Of a stretch of 64,000 nt of DNA, positions 46,431-54,855 are shown piece after piece. Below the pieces are notes generated by a model, which was given only the letters and a program-made list of their open reading frames with translations, was not told where the DNA came from and made no database searches. The translations under genes and the position numbers were made by a program. The DNA lies in contig CAZOVA010000001.1 in NCBI GenBank assembly GCA_964583625.1, positions 76,465-140,464 of the forward strand, read 5' to 3'. How positions within the stretch are numbered: position 1 is the first letter of the stretch; every line of letters begins with the position of its first letter. The DNA comes from an uncultured Pseudomonadales bacterium (GTDB lineage: Bacteria > Patescibacteriota > Microgenomatia > UBA1400 > PJMF01).

Positions 46431-46533
46431 AGCGGAAAATGCTGCTCCCCTTGGCGGCGGCGTTGGAGGTGGCGCCCTTGGCGGCGGCGTTGGAGGTGGC
46501 GCAGGTTCTGTTGTCATGACTGCTGCTGAATAG
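46021..46533 (+). CDS. pilin-like small membrane protein 4 (paralog), Gly-rich C-terminal tail (GGGVGGGALGGGVGGGAGS) encoded by a 27-bp x2 tandem repeat
   Basis: Identical to gene 3 through residue about 137, then …ENAAPLGGGVGGGALGGGVGGGAGSVVMTAAE. Confidence 0.55.
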   Translation: MKKGFLKIGKSLLLSFSLLALAFVPVAAQTDEKIKVSTFTQSAGDKVPTSSTVLITNIVNTVLIVAAALVFAYLIYGAISWITSGGDKSKVETARNRITSAALGILILASVWAIYNLVLTIAFGGQDLQIKNLNEGVAENAAPLGGGVGGGALGGGVGGGAGSVVMTAAE

Positions 46534-46570
46534 TAATATTTAAAAAGAAAGTAAGGCTTAAAAAATAACT

Positions 46571-46597
46571 CCCTCACTTGTAAAAGTGAGGGTTTTT
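46571..46597 (+). terminator. rho-independent terminator CCCTCACTT-gtaa-AAGTGAGGG + TTTTT (end of pilin array; bidirectional with respect to recO)
   Basis: 9-bp perfect stem plus U-tract. Confidence 0.6.
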
Positions 46598-46610
46598 AGT
46601 TTGCTAATAA

Positions 46611-47147
46611 TCAAGCTCGTAAATATTCAAAACTGTGCAAAGTTCGCCCAGTCAATTCACTCACTAGAGAACTAACAGAGCACTGCATTTCTTTTTGTTG
46701 ATCCCAATAACCTAGTTCTGCCAATAAGGCTTGGAAAGACTCTTTTATTTTTTGATTGTTCATGTTTTGTAAGAGTAGTTCCCTCAAACTCAGCACTTGC
46801 TGAAAGAGATGAGGAGAAAGCTCTTCTTCAGTCAATAATAAATCAATAATCTCCAAATAAAGCAGAAAACGACGCAAACGACTTAAAGAGAAGCGAGTTT
46901 CGCCGATAGTGCCCACGAGGCAGGCTTGAGTTAAAATAGGCCAAGATTTGGTTTTAACAAGTTGCACTTGAACCAAATTGCCTGGTTCAAGATAGGGTCT
47001 TTTTTTGGAGTTTAACTTGCAAGTGCCTTTGGCAACAGTAATAATTTTTCCCAGCTCGCAAGTGAGAAGAGTGACCAATAGGTCACTCTCTCTACTTTTT
47101 TTCACTTTGATCACAATCGCTAAAAGATTGCGACTTTTATATTTCAC
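46611..47147 (-). CDS. recO: DNA repair protein RecO, truncated form lacking the C-terminal zinc-finger region
   Basis: N-terminal OB-fold pattern (LLAIVIKVKKSRESDLLVTLLTCELGKIITVAKGTCKLNSKKRPYLEPGNLVQVQL) and helical domain (RFLLYLEIIDLL…). Confidence 0.5.
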   Translation of the reverse strand: MKYKSRNLLAIVIKVKKSRESDLLVTLLTCELGKIITVAKGTCKLNSKKRPYLEPGNLVQVQLVKTKSWPILTQACLVGTIGETRFSLSRLRRFLLYLEIIDLLLTEEELSPHLFQQVLSLRELLLQNMNNQKIKESFQALLAELGYWDQQKEMQCSVSSLVSELTGRTLHSFEYLRA

Positions 47148-47152
47148 CGTTT

Positions 47153-48184
47153 TTATTCTTCGTCTTCTTGACGGGCTTTCTTCAATTTCTCATCTAATTT
47201 GTTCAGCTTTTCTTCTTCTAGATCGAGCATTTTGGCATATTTTTTACGAGTAGTAACGCTGACGATGATAATTAAAATAATTACTAATAAGATGGCTAAG
47301 ATAGTGCGAACGGGCACAATCCAAAACCGAGCTTCTACTGGTACTAGCTCTTTACCGCTGCTTGCCCCATAAATACCACTCAAGTGGGCAGTGTAGCGAC
47401 CGAAACCCCAATGAGCATTCCATTCGCCCTTCATCTCTCTTTCACTATCAGGAAAGATATTTTTTTGTTCTGGAGCTAAGGTAGCCATTTCTTTGCCAAA
47501 CATATTTTTAATGACAATTTTTGTTTCTGGACGAATATGTAAGCTAGAATTATTTTCTATTTTGTAACTATAAGCAACTGGGCCAAATTCGCTAAATTTT
47601 TTGAAAGCAAAATCTTTTATTTCAGCTTCTTCGGCGATTTCTCCATCAACTACGACATAGAGAAGTGTTCCTACTTGAGCAGTAATTTTAGCCCCAGTAG
47701 TTTCTGTTTCTCCTGTTCCCATTGCTGGTTTGTGTAAAACCATAGCATAACGTCCCCCTGGAAGAGCATCTTCTGGCACATTAATAGTGACCATTAAAGC
47801 AGCTGAGCCATAAGGCTTCAAAGCTACATTATTGGGAGTGACTGTCAGCCATTGAGCCAAGCTCCATTTACTACTCACTTCATCCTCAACAGCAATCGGC
47901 GTTTCTCCGTCTGGAGCGATAATAAAATCACGAGCAAAAGTTTCCACGGTGGCGGGATAAGCTGAAGGATTGCGAACTTCAATAGTAGTTTGAGTTTTTT
48001 GTCCTGGCTTAACCACTAAGCTGTAATCATCACCTAAGCGGGGAGGAACGGCAGTCAGAGCAATTTCTCCAGGGTTGGCCACAGGAGGAGTGTCTGTTTG
48101 GGCCCAAATTTGACTGGAGAAAAGACCTAAAAATCCCCCAACTATTAGTAGGGTGAGAGAGGAGATTTTATTAATTGATTTCAT
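47153..48184 (-). CDS. cell-surface protein with signal peptide, about 280-aa ectodomain, C-terminal TM anchor and charged tail; resembles the DUF916/CscA-type anchored surface protein architecture
   Basis: MKSINKISSLTLLIVGGFLGLFSSQIWA-QT signal. C-terminal ILAILLVIILIIIV TM plus KK/EE-rich tail. Confidence 0.55.
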   Translation of the reverse strand: MKSINKISSLTLLIVGGFLGLFSSQIWAQTDTPPVANPGEIALTAVPPRLGDDYSLVVKPGQKTQTTIEVRNPSAYPATVETFARDFIIAPDGETPIAVEDEVSSKWSLAQWLTVTPNNVALKPYGSAALMVTINVPEDALPGGRYAMVLHKPAMGTGETETTGAKITAQVGTLLYVVVDGEIAEEAEIKDFAFKKFSEFGPVAYSYKIENNSSLHIRPETKIVIKNMFGKEMATLAPEQKNIFPDSEREMKGEWNAHWGFGRYTAHLSGIYGASSGKELVPVEARFWIVPVRTILAILLVIILIIIVSVTTRKKYAKMLDLEEEKLNKLDEKLKKARQEDEE

Positions 48185-48203
48185 AAAGTTTTATTTCCCT
48201 TTC

Positions 48204-49631
48204 TTAAAAAGATGCTGTTACTGTATAAGTGACACTGGTATTATATTTTCCAGGAATATTTGTATTGGAAGAATTAATTTTATAACAAAGATTAACAATG
48301 TCGCCATTGGTAGAACGAAGGTTATTAATAATTTGCAAAGTAGTTTCTCCGTCAGCTTTGTCAGCAAAACTGCTCCAACCGCTAGCTCCGCCAGCAGCAT
48401 TAACACCATTGTAAGTAAAATTGGGAGTAACATTAGGAATATTACCGTTCAAGTATTTATCTCCATCTACCACTTCCATAGAGAAACCAAAGTTTCCTGT
48501 AGTCGCTGGGGCGGTCCAGGCTGTCGCAGTTCCTGGAGTACCAAAATTAGGAATACAAATATCATTACCTAAACCATTTCCTGGGCAACCATCACCATCC
48601 AAACTCATCTGGTCACTGCCAATAGCGGTCACTACATAGCCATTAGCAGCATTAGTAGTGACAGTTAGCTTTTGTGCTGCCTGGGAAAACTGAAGATTGC
48701 TAATCGAACCAAAAGGAACGAGTGATCCCGTAGTGCTAGCAGAAGTGCTAGCTCCACAAGCAGCAACACTATTACCTACACCCTCAATTTTGAAACTTAA
48801 CTGCGGAGCTACTCTGACAACCATTTTGACAGCATTAGCAAAACCGACAGCTGTTGTTTCAGTAAAAACATTTACTCCGGCCCTTTCTTGTTTTAAAGAG
48901 ATCAACATGGAATTAAAGTCACCGACAGTGTCTCCGATTTTAGCCGTCGGATTAATCAAGCCTGTAACGACGAACTCCAATTGCTGATTGGCGGAGGCGG
49001 TCGCCTCAGTGTATTGACAACTAAAAAGATGATTGGGATTGGTTGTCCCGCCTGTTCCCACTGGGGCAGAGGTGGCCGTATAACCAGCTGGGCAAGTGAT
49101 GCTGGCATTGGTATTGAAATCAAAACCATCAATATCTGGTAAACCATCATTAGCAATTGCGGCACTAGCAGTAGCTGCTGGAAAATTAATAGTCAAAATA
49201 TCATTTTGTTGGAGATTGGTAACAGTCGCTTTAATTTTGATAGGACCGCTAGCTCGATGATAAACAGGCGTACCAGCAGCAATATTAGCTGTGGCTAGCA
49301 AACCGTCAAGGGGAATTTCATTATTCTTCAAAAGAGCACTACTAGTAGCTACCTTATAAATAATATTCCCAATTAAGACACTGTCACCATTAATTAATTG
49401 TTGACTAGAAACTGAATAGATCCCCTGAGCTTCATTAGCCACTGTTTCTATCAAAGCTAAGGAAGTATAGGCAACATTACCGCTAGCTAGTTTTCCTCTA
49501 AATGAAAGTCTAGAATTACTTGGAAAAATTTCTACTTGGTTTTGAGCAGCCGCTCTTTCGGGAATAAATAAGATAAGAGAGATAAGAATAAATACGGTCA
49601 ATTTAATCGAAAAATTCTTAAATAATTTCAT
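48204..49631 (-). CDS. secreted Thr/Asn/Gly/Ala-rich beta-rich surface protein (475 aa); possible partner of the anchored protein (WxL/Csc-like arrangement, tentative)
   Basis: Signal peptide MKLFKNFSIKLTVFILISLILFIPERAAA-QN. Low-complexity T/G/N-rich body. No LPXTG motif. Confidence 0.55.
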   Translation of the reverse strand: MKLFKNFSIKLTVFILISLILFIPERAAAQNQVEIFPSNSRLSFRGKLASGNVAYTSLALIETVANEAQGIYSVSSQQLINGDSVLIGNIIYKVATSSALLKNNEIPLDGLLATANIAAGTPVYHRASGPIKIKATVTNLQQNDILTINFPAATASAAIANDGLPDIDGFDFNTNASITCPAGYTATSAPVGTGGTTNPNHLFSCQYTEATASANQQLEFVVTGLINPTAKIGDTVGDFNSMLISLKQERAGVNVFTETTAVGFANAVKMVVRVAPQLSFKIEGVGNSVAACGASTSASTTGSLVPFGSISNLQFSQAAQKLTVTTNAANGYVVTAIGSDQMSLDGDGCPGNGLGNDICIPNFGTPGTATAWTAPATTGNFGFSMEVVDGDKYLNGNIPNVTPNFTYNGVNAAGGASGWSSFADKADGETTLQIINNLRSTNGDIVNLCYKINSSNTNIPGKYNTSVTYTVTASF

Positions 49632-49782
49632 AGTATTTACTTACTAAATTTTCTTTTTCCAACACAAAACTACTTTTTCAAAAGTACTCCATTCCATTTT
49701 ATCTCAATTTTTTAAAAAAGGCAAGACCTATTTTATTTTTGGGCTTTTTTAGTAAGAAAAAAATGATTTTTATTTAAAACGG

Positions 49783-49815
49783 TCAACAAAAACCCCCACT
49801 AATATTTAGTGGGGG
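49783..49815 (-). terminator. rho-independent terminator of the tuf/str operon (TAGTGGGGG/CCCCCACTA stem followed by TTTTTGTTG on the minus strand)
   Basis: 9-bp stem plus T-tract 25 nt after the tuf stop. Confidence 0.6.
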
Positions 49816-49838
49816 TTTAAAATTTATAAATAATTTTT

Positions 49839-51029
49839 TTATTTAATAATTTTGGTGATAGCTCCCGCACCCACGGTGTGACCTCCTTCGCGGATAGCAA
49901 AGCGCAAACCGTCGGCCATCGCCACCGGAGCGATCAGTTTAACGGTAATAGCAGCATTGTCTCCTGGCATAACCATTTCTAAACCATCAGCCAATTTGAT
50001 TTCACCAGTGACATCAGTGGTTCGAATATAAAACTGCGGTCGATAGCCATTGGTGAAGGGTTTGTGGCGTCCACCTTCTTCTTTGGTCAAAATATAAACC
50101 TGCGCTTCAAACTCAGTATGAGCAGTGACACTGTTTGGTTTGGCTAAAACCTGACCACGCTCAACGTCATCTTTTTCAATACCGCGCAAGAGAATACCAA
50201 CATTATCACCAGCTTCACCAGTATCCAAAAGTTTGTGGAACATTTCCACTCCAGTAACGACTGACTTTTTCTTTTCTTTTAGACCAATGATTTCTACTTC
50301 TTCGCCGACTTTAACTACACCAGACTCAATTCTACCAGTAACGACTGTTCCACGGCCAGAGATAGAGAAGACATCCTCAATTGGCATCAAAAAAGGTTTA
50401 TCAAGATCTCTTTTAGGATCGGGGATATATTCGTCGACTGTCTTCATTAATTCCATGATTTTGTCTTGGGCAGCAGCGTCTCCCTCCAAAGCTTTCAAAG
50501 CAGAAACACGGACGATAGGAGTCTTTTCTCCATCATAACCGTATTTTGTTAACAAATCACGCACTTCCATTTCCACCAAATCTAAAAGTTCAGCATCGTC
50601 AACCATATCACATTTGTTCAATGCCACCACAATTTTTGGTACGTTCACTTGTTTAGCCAAAAGAATATGTTCTCTAGTCTGAGGCATGGGACCATCGGTG
50701 GCTGCGACCACTAAGATTGCGCCATCCATTTGAGCGGCGCCAGTGATCATATTTTTAATATAGTCAGCGTGTCCAGGAGCATCGATGTGAGCATAATGAC
50801 GCTTTTCAGTTTCATATTCTAGATGGGAGATATTAATAGTCACTCCTCTTTTAGCTTCTTCTGGAGCATTATCAATATCCAAATAACCCATAGCCTTGTT
50901 GATATCTGTGGGTAATTTTGCTGCTAAAGTGGTAGTAATTGCTGCCGATAGGGTGGTTTTTCCATGATCGACGTGACCAATAGTACCAACATTCACATGA
51001 GTTTTTTTGCGTTCATATTTCTCCGCCAT
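49839..51029 (-). CDS. tuf: elongation factor Tu
   Basis: Canonical EF-Tu sequence ([10 protein letters not shown]…[26 protein letters not shown]…). Confidence 0.95.
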   Translation of the reverse strand: MAEKYERKKTHVNVGTIGHVDHGKTTLSAAITTTLAAKLPTDINKAMGYLDIDNAPEEAKRGVTINISHLEYETEKRHYAHIDAPGHADYIKNMITGAAQMDGAILVVAATDGPMPQTREHILLAKQVNVPKIVVALNKCDMVDDAELLDLVEMEVRDLLTKYGYDGEKTPIVRVSALKALEGDAAAQDKIMELMKTVDEYIPDPKRDLDKPFLMPIEDVFSISGRGTVVTGRIESGVVKVGEEVEIIGLKEKKKSVVTGVEMFHKLLDTGEAGDNVGILLRGIEKDDVERGQVLAKPNSVTAHTEFEAQVYILTKEEGGRHKPFTNGYRPQFYIRTTDVTGEIKLADGLEMVMPGDNAAITVKLIAPVAMADGLRFAIREGGHTVGAGAITKIIK

Positions 51030-51146
51030 AAAAACCTTTCTTTATTATTATTGTTTTCTAATTATTAATTTTTATTACTTCAATTTTAAAATCCGAACTT
51101 GTCGATTATAACATAATTTAAGGGCTATTTTCATTTTTTCACCATT

Positions 51147-53303
51147 TTAATCATCAGCCCGTCCACGACTACGCCAATCACCTCTCTCTTCAACAATTTT
51201 TTGCGTCATGGCCTGAGGAACCTCATCATAATGAGAGGGGAGCATTACGCTAGTGGCTCGTCCTTGAGTTAAGCCACGCAAAGTGGTGACATAACCCTGC
51301 ATTTGCGAGAGGGGGACCAAAGCTCGAATAATGGTGACGGGACCTCTGCTTGTACTACCTTGGATTTGGGCTCGTCTTCCACCCAAATCACCAATTACAT
51401 CACCCATAAATTCTTCAGGAGTACTAACTTCTAGATTCATAATTGGCTCAATCAAAACCATATCAGCATTTTTTACCGCTTCCCTCATTCCTAGCGATCC
51501 AGCCATTTTAAAAGCCAATTCGCTTGAGTCAACATCATGGTAGGAACCGTCGTACAAAGTGACTTTGATATCTGTCATAGGATAGCCAGCTAAAAAGCCA
51601 CGACTGAGAGCTTCTTGCACTCCTTTGTTGGTCGGTTCGATAAACTCTCTTGGAACTCGACCCCCAGTAATTTCATTGACAAACTCATAACCAGTGCCTC
51701 GATCTTTAGGTTCAATTTTCAAGAGGACATGACCATACTGACCGTGACCACCAGTTTGTTTGATATATTTTCCTTCTCCCTTAGACTCTTGACGAATAGT
51801 TTCTCGATAAGCTACTTGAGGGCTACCGACATTACAGTCTACTTTAAACTCTCTTTTCATTCTATCAACCAAAACATCCAAATGGAGTTCTCCCATTCCT
51901 CCGATGACTGTCTGTCCCGTTTCTTTGTTAATTTCAATAGAGAAGGTGGGATCTTCTTCAGAAAGTTTGGCCAAAGCTAAACCCATTTTTTCTTGATCAG
52001 ATTTAGTCTTTGGTTCGATCGCTAAAGAAATAACTGGTTCGGCAAAGGTAATTCCTTCCAGCACAATGGGTTTGTTTTCATCAGCCAAGGTGTCTCCAGT
52101 TTTGGTGGCTTTGAGACCAACGATTGCCACAATTTCTCCAGCTCTTGCCTCATCAATTTCTTCTCTTTGATTGGCATGCATCAAAAGTAATCGTCCCACT
52201 CTTTCCTTTTCTCGGCGGAAGGGATTATAAACATAACTTCCAGCCTTGAGAGTACCAGAATAAATTCTAAAATAAGTCAAACGTCCCACGTGAGGATCGG
52301 TTTGAATTTTAAAAGCCAAACCGCAGAAATTTTCTTCTGGAGTTAATTGGCGCACTTCCTCTTCTTCAGTTTTAGGATTAATCCCTTTGATATGATCAAT
52401 GTCTGCTGGCGCAGGTAAGTATTCCACTACTCCGTCGAGCAACATTTGTACACCGGTATTTTTAAGAGAAGAACCAGCAAAAATCGGTACCAATTTATAA
52501 GCAATAACCGCCTTACGCAAAGCCGCTTTTAATTCATTGACAGCAATTTCTTTGCCTTCTAGATATTTTTCCATCAAATCATCATCGGTTTCTGCAATTG
52601 CCTCTACCAAACCCAAACGGACCTCTTCTAATTTATCTTTTAGTTCAGCGGGGATCTCAATTTCTTCTGGTTCGTCTTCAGCTTTTTGATCAAAAGCCCA
52701 AGCCTTCCTTTCCAAAATTTGAATTATTCCGCGAAAATCATTTTCCGCGCCAATAGGCAAGACCATAATTGCTGGCTTAACGCCAAATTTATTTTTAATG
52801 TCATCAATAGTTGCAAAAAAATCTGCTCCCAACTTATCCATCTTATTAATGAAGCAAACTCTAGGCACATTATATTTATCGGCTTGACGCCAGACTGTTT
52901 CCGATTGTGACTGAACGCCTTCGGAAGCGTCCAAAACGGTAATGCCTCCATCCAAGACTCGCAGAGATCTTTCTACCTCAGCTGTGAAGTCGACGTGGCC
53001 AGGAGTATCAATAATATTAAAACGGTATTTTTCTTTGGGTAGGTTACTTTCAAAATGAGGGGTCCAAAAAGTGGTGGTCGCCGCCGAAACAATAGTGATC
53101 CCTCTTTCTTGTTCCTGAGCCATCCAATCCATAGTGGCCGTTCCCTCATGAGTTTCACCAATTTTATAAGTCCGACCAGTGTAAAAAAGAATTCTCTCAG
53201 TTGTAGTCGTTTTTCCCGCATCAATATGCGCAATTACTCCAATATTACGGATTCTATCTAATGAGACATGATCATTGGTTTTTACGGTTTGTTGTTGAGC
53301 CAT
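51147..53303 (-). CDS. fusA: elongation factor G
   Basis: [34 protein letters not shown], and full five-domain EF-G length. Confidence 0.95.
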   Translation of the reverse strand: MAQQQTVKTNDHVSLDRIRNIGVIAHIDAGKTTTTERILFYTGRTYKIGETHEGTATMDWMAQEQERGITIVSAATTTFWTPHFESNLPKEKYRFNIIDTPGHVDFTAEVERSLRVLDGGITVLDASEGVQSQSETVWRQADKYNVPRVCFINKMDKLGADFFATIDDIKNKFGVKPAIMVLPIGAENDFRGIIQILERKAWAFDQKAEDEPEEIEIPAELKDKLEEVRLGLVEAIAETDDDLMEKYLEGKEIAVNELKAALRKAVIAYKLVPIFAGSSLKNTGVQMLLDGVVEYLPAPADIDHIKGINPKTEEEEVRQLTPEENFCGLAFKIQTDPHVGRLTYFRIYSGTLKAGSYVYNPFRREKERVGRLLLMHANQREEIDEARAGEIVAIVGLKATKTGDTLADENKPIVLEGITFAEPVISLAIEPKTKSDQEKMGLALAKLSEEDPTFSIEINKETGQTVIGGMGELHLDVLVDRMKREFKVDCNVGSPQVAYRETIRQESKGEGKYIKQTGGHGQYGHVLLKIEPKDRGTGYEFVNEITGGRVPREFIEPTNKGVQEALSRGFLAGYPMTDIKVTLYDGSYHDVDSSELAFKMAGSLGMREAVKNADMVLIEPIMNLEVSTPEEFMGDVIGDLGGRRAQIQGSTSRGPVTIIRALVPLSQMQGYVTTLRGLTQGRATSVMLPSHYDEVPQAMTQKIVEERGDWRSRGRADD

Positions 53304-53337
53304 AACTTAGTTTTTCTGTAATTCTTATTTTTATAAT

Positions 53338-53814
53338 TTACCAACGGAAGTGAGCAAAAGCGCGATTGGCCTCAGCTGCCTTATGAGCGGCTTCTTTTTT
53401 GGCAATTGCTCCGCCTTCATTATTAAGAGCATCTAGCATCTCTGCCGCCAGCTTATCTTCAAATGAAGTAAATTGCTTATTGGGTCTTTTATTAGCTTCT
53501 TGTACCAACCAACGCAAAGCCAAAGAAAAACCTCTTTGACTTTTAACTGGCATAGGAACTTGATAAGCCGCTCCACCAACTCTACGAGAACGGACTTCCA
53601 TTTCTGGAGTTAGGGCGGTCACCACTTCTTCAAAAACTTCGATTGGTTTTTTGCCAGTTTTTTTAACAACTTGGTCCAAGGCTTGGTAAACCAAACCTTC
53701 AGCAATATTTTTTTTGCCATCCACCATCACATAATTGATTAATTTGGCAATTTTAATACTATTAAACTTTTTATCTGGAATGATAGTTCTGAAATTTGTT
53801 TTTTTAGTTCTCAT
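53338..53814 (-). CDS. rpsG: 30S ribosomal protein uS7
   Basis: S7 signature including …EVRSRRVGGAAYQVP…AHFRW C-terminus. Confidence 0.9.
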   Translation of the reverse strand: MRTKKTNFRTIIPDKKFNSIKIAKLINYVMVDGKKNIAEGLVYQALDQVVKKTGKKPIEVFEEVVTALTPEMEVRSRRVGGAAYQVPMPVKSQRGFSLALRWLVQEANKRPNKQFTSFEDKLAAEMLDALNNEGGAIAKKEAAHKAAEANRAFAHFRW

Positions 53815-53852
53815 ATTTTTCTTCTCCTTGATGTTTTCAAGAATACTTTAAT

Positions 53853-54266
53853 TTATTTTTTTTGTTTTTTAACTCCATACTTGCTACGGGAAGTCATGCG
53901 TTTTTCTACTCCCGCGCAATCAAATTTCCCTCTGACAATATGATATTTGACACCAGGTAAATCTTTGACTCTACCACCACGCACCAAAACGATGCTGTGT
54001 TCAGAAAGATTATGACCTTCTCCTTGAATATAGGCGGTTACTTCCACTTTATTTGAGAGACGCACTCTAGCTACTTTACGCAAAGCTGAGTTTGGTTTTT
54101 TTGGAGTCATGGTTTTTACCAAAGTACAAACTCCCCGTTTTTGAGGACTAGAAGTGCTCACCATTTTACTGGTGACATTATTATAGCTTTTGCGCAGGGC
54201 AGTTCCTTTGATTCTTTTTGGTTTGTCTGTCCGCCCCTTACGAATTAATTGATTAATTGTTGGCAT
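53853..54266 (-). CDS. rpsL: 30S ribosomal protein uS12 (with about 13-aa N-terminal insertion)
   Basis: [11 protein letters not shown]…[10 protein letters not shown]…[12 protein letters not shown]…[17 protein letters not shown]. Confidence 0.9.
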   Translation of the reverse strand: MPTINQLIRKGRTDKPKRIKGTALRKSYNNVTSKMVSTSSPQKRGVCTLVKTMTPKKPNSALRKVARVRLSNKVEVTAYIQGEGHNLSEHSIVLVRGGRVKDLPGVKYHIVRGKFDCAGVEKRMTSRSKYGVKKQKK

Positions 54267-54282
54267 TTTTATAAATCCTCTA

Positions 54283-54552
54283 TTATTTGCTCAATTTTAA
54301 TTTCTTCATTAGTTTTTCTTGCCTCTCTGGACTAACTCTGGCTAAGAAATTTAATAGACGACGTCTTTTGGCCACTTGTTTGAGTAGTCCCAAGCGCGAA
54401 TGATTGTCTTTTTTGTGAGACTTTAAGTGTTGAGTTAATTGTTCAATCGAAGCCGTCAAAAGAGCAATTTGCACTTCTGGAGAGCCAGTATCATGTTCGT
54501 CTTGACGAAACTTCTCAATAATAGAGAGTTTCTCTTCTTTATTTAGAGACAT
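54283..54552 (-). CDS. rpsO: 30S ribosomal protein uS15, placed immediately upstream of rpsL
   Basis: [49 protein letters not shown]. Confidence 0.85.
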   Translation of the reverse strand: MSLNKEEKLSIIEKFRQDEHDTGSPEVQIALLTASIEQLTQHLKSHKKDNHSRLGLLKQVAKRRRLLNFLARVSPERQEKLMKKLKLSK

Positions 54553-54562
54553 GGTATCCTTT

Positions 54563-54604
54563 CTTTTTCCTGGTTGACAACAGTTTTTTAAAAACCGTCA
54601 TTGT
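54563..54604 (-). promoter_or_regulatory. imperfect palindrome/hairpin in the rpsO 5' leader (GTTGACAA-N20-TTGTCAAC with internal GTTTTTTAAAAAC), ending about 10 nt before the start codon and SD; candidate S15 autoregulatory structure
   Basis: Read directly from the sequence. S15 autoregulates by binding a structured leader in other bacteria. Confidence 0.3.
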
Positions 54605-54661
54605 CAACTAGTAACCATATTTTTATTAAATAATATTCACTTTTGCAAGTGAAGAAGGTGA

Positions 54662-54689
54662 ATTATAACACATCTTGAAAGAGCGTCAA
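54662..54689 (-). promoter_or_regulatory. minus-strand promoter for the rpsO-str unit (TTGACG-16-TGtTATAAT)
   Basis: Reverse complement of 54662-54689 reads ttgacgctctttcaagatgtgttataat. Confidence 0.4.
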
Positions 54690-54782
54690 GTCCTGAAAAT
54701 AGTAAAGACAATCAATTTTTATTGATAATTTAAATATAATAAGGACAGGAATTTTTATCTTATCTTAATTAAACATTAACTC

Positions 54783-54812
54783 TTGTAAGAAAAAGAACCC
54801 TTGTGCTATAAT
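54783..54812 (+). promoter_or_regulatory. promoter TTGTAA-18-TGcTATAAT for the beta-propeller-repeat gene
   Basis: Read directly from the sequence. Confidence 0.4.
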
Positions 54813-54855
54813 TATTTCCAGTTTTTGTCAAGATTTTTTTAAATAAAAACTTTGA

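Noticed and set aside
44474-46533. Interpretation of the four small proteins as type IV (PilA-like) pilins, Flp pilins or class II bacteriocins.
   Set aside because: There is no G/FTLIE prepilin leader, no Flp GxxxxEY motif, and no double-glycine leader. They have standard Sec signal peptides and a two-helix hairpin.
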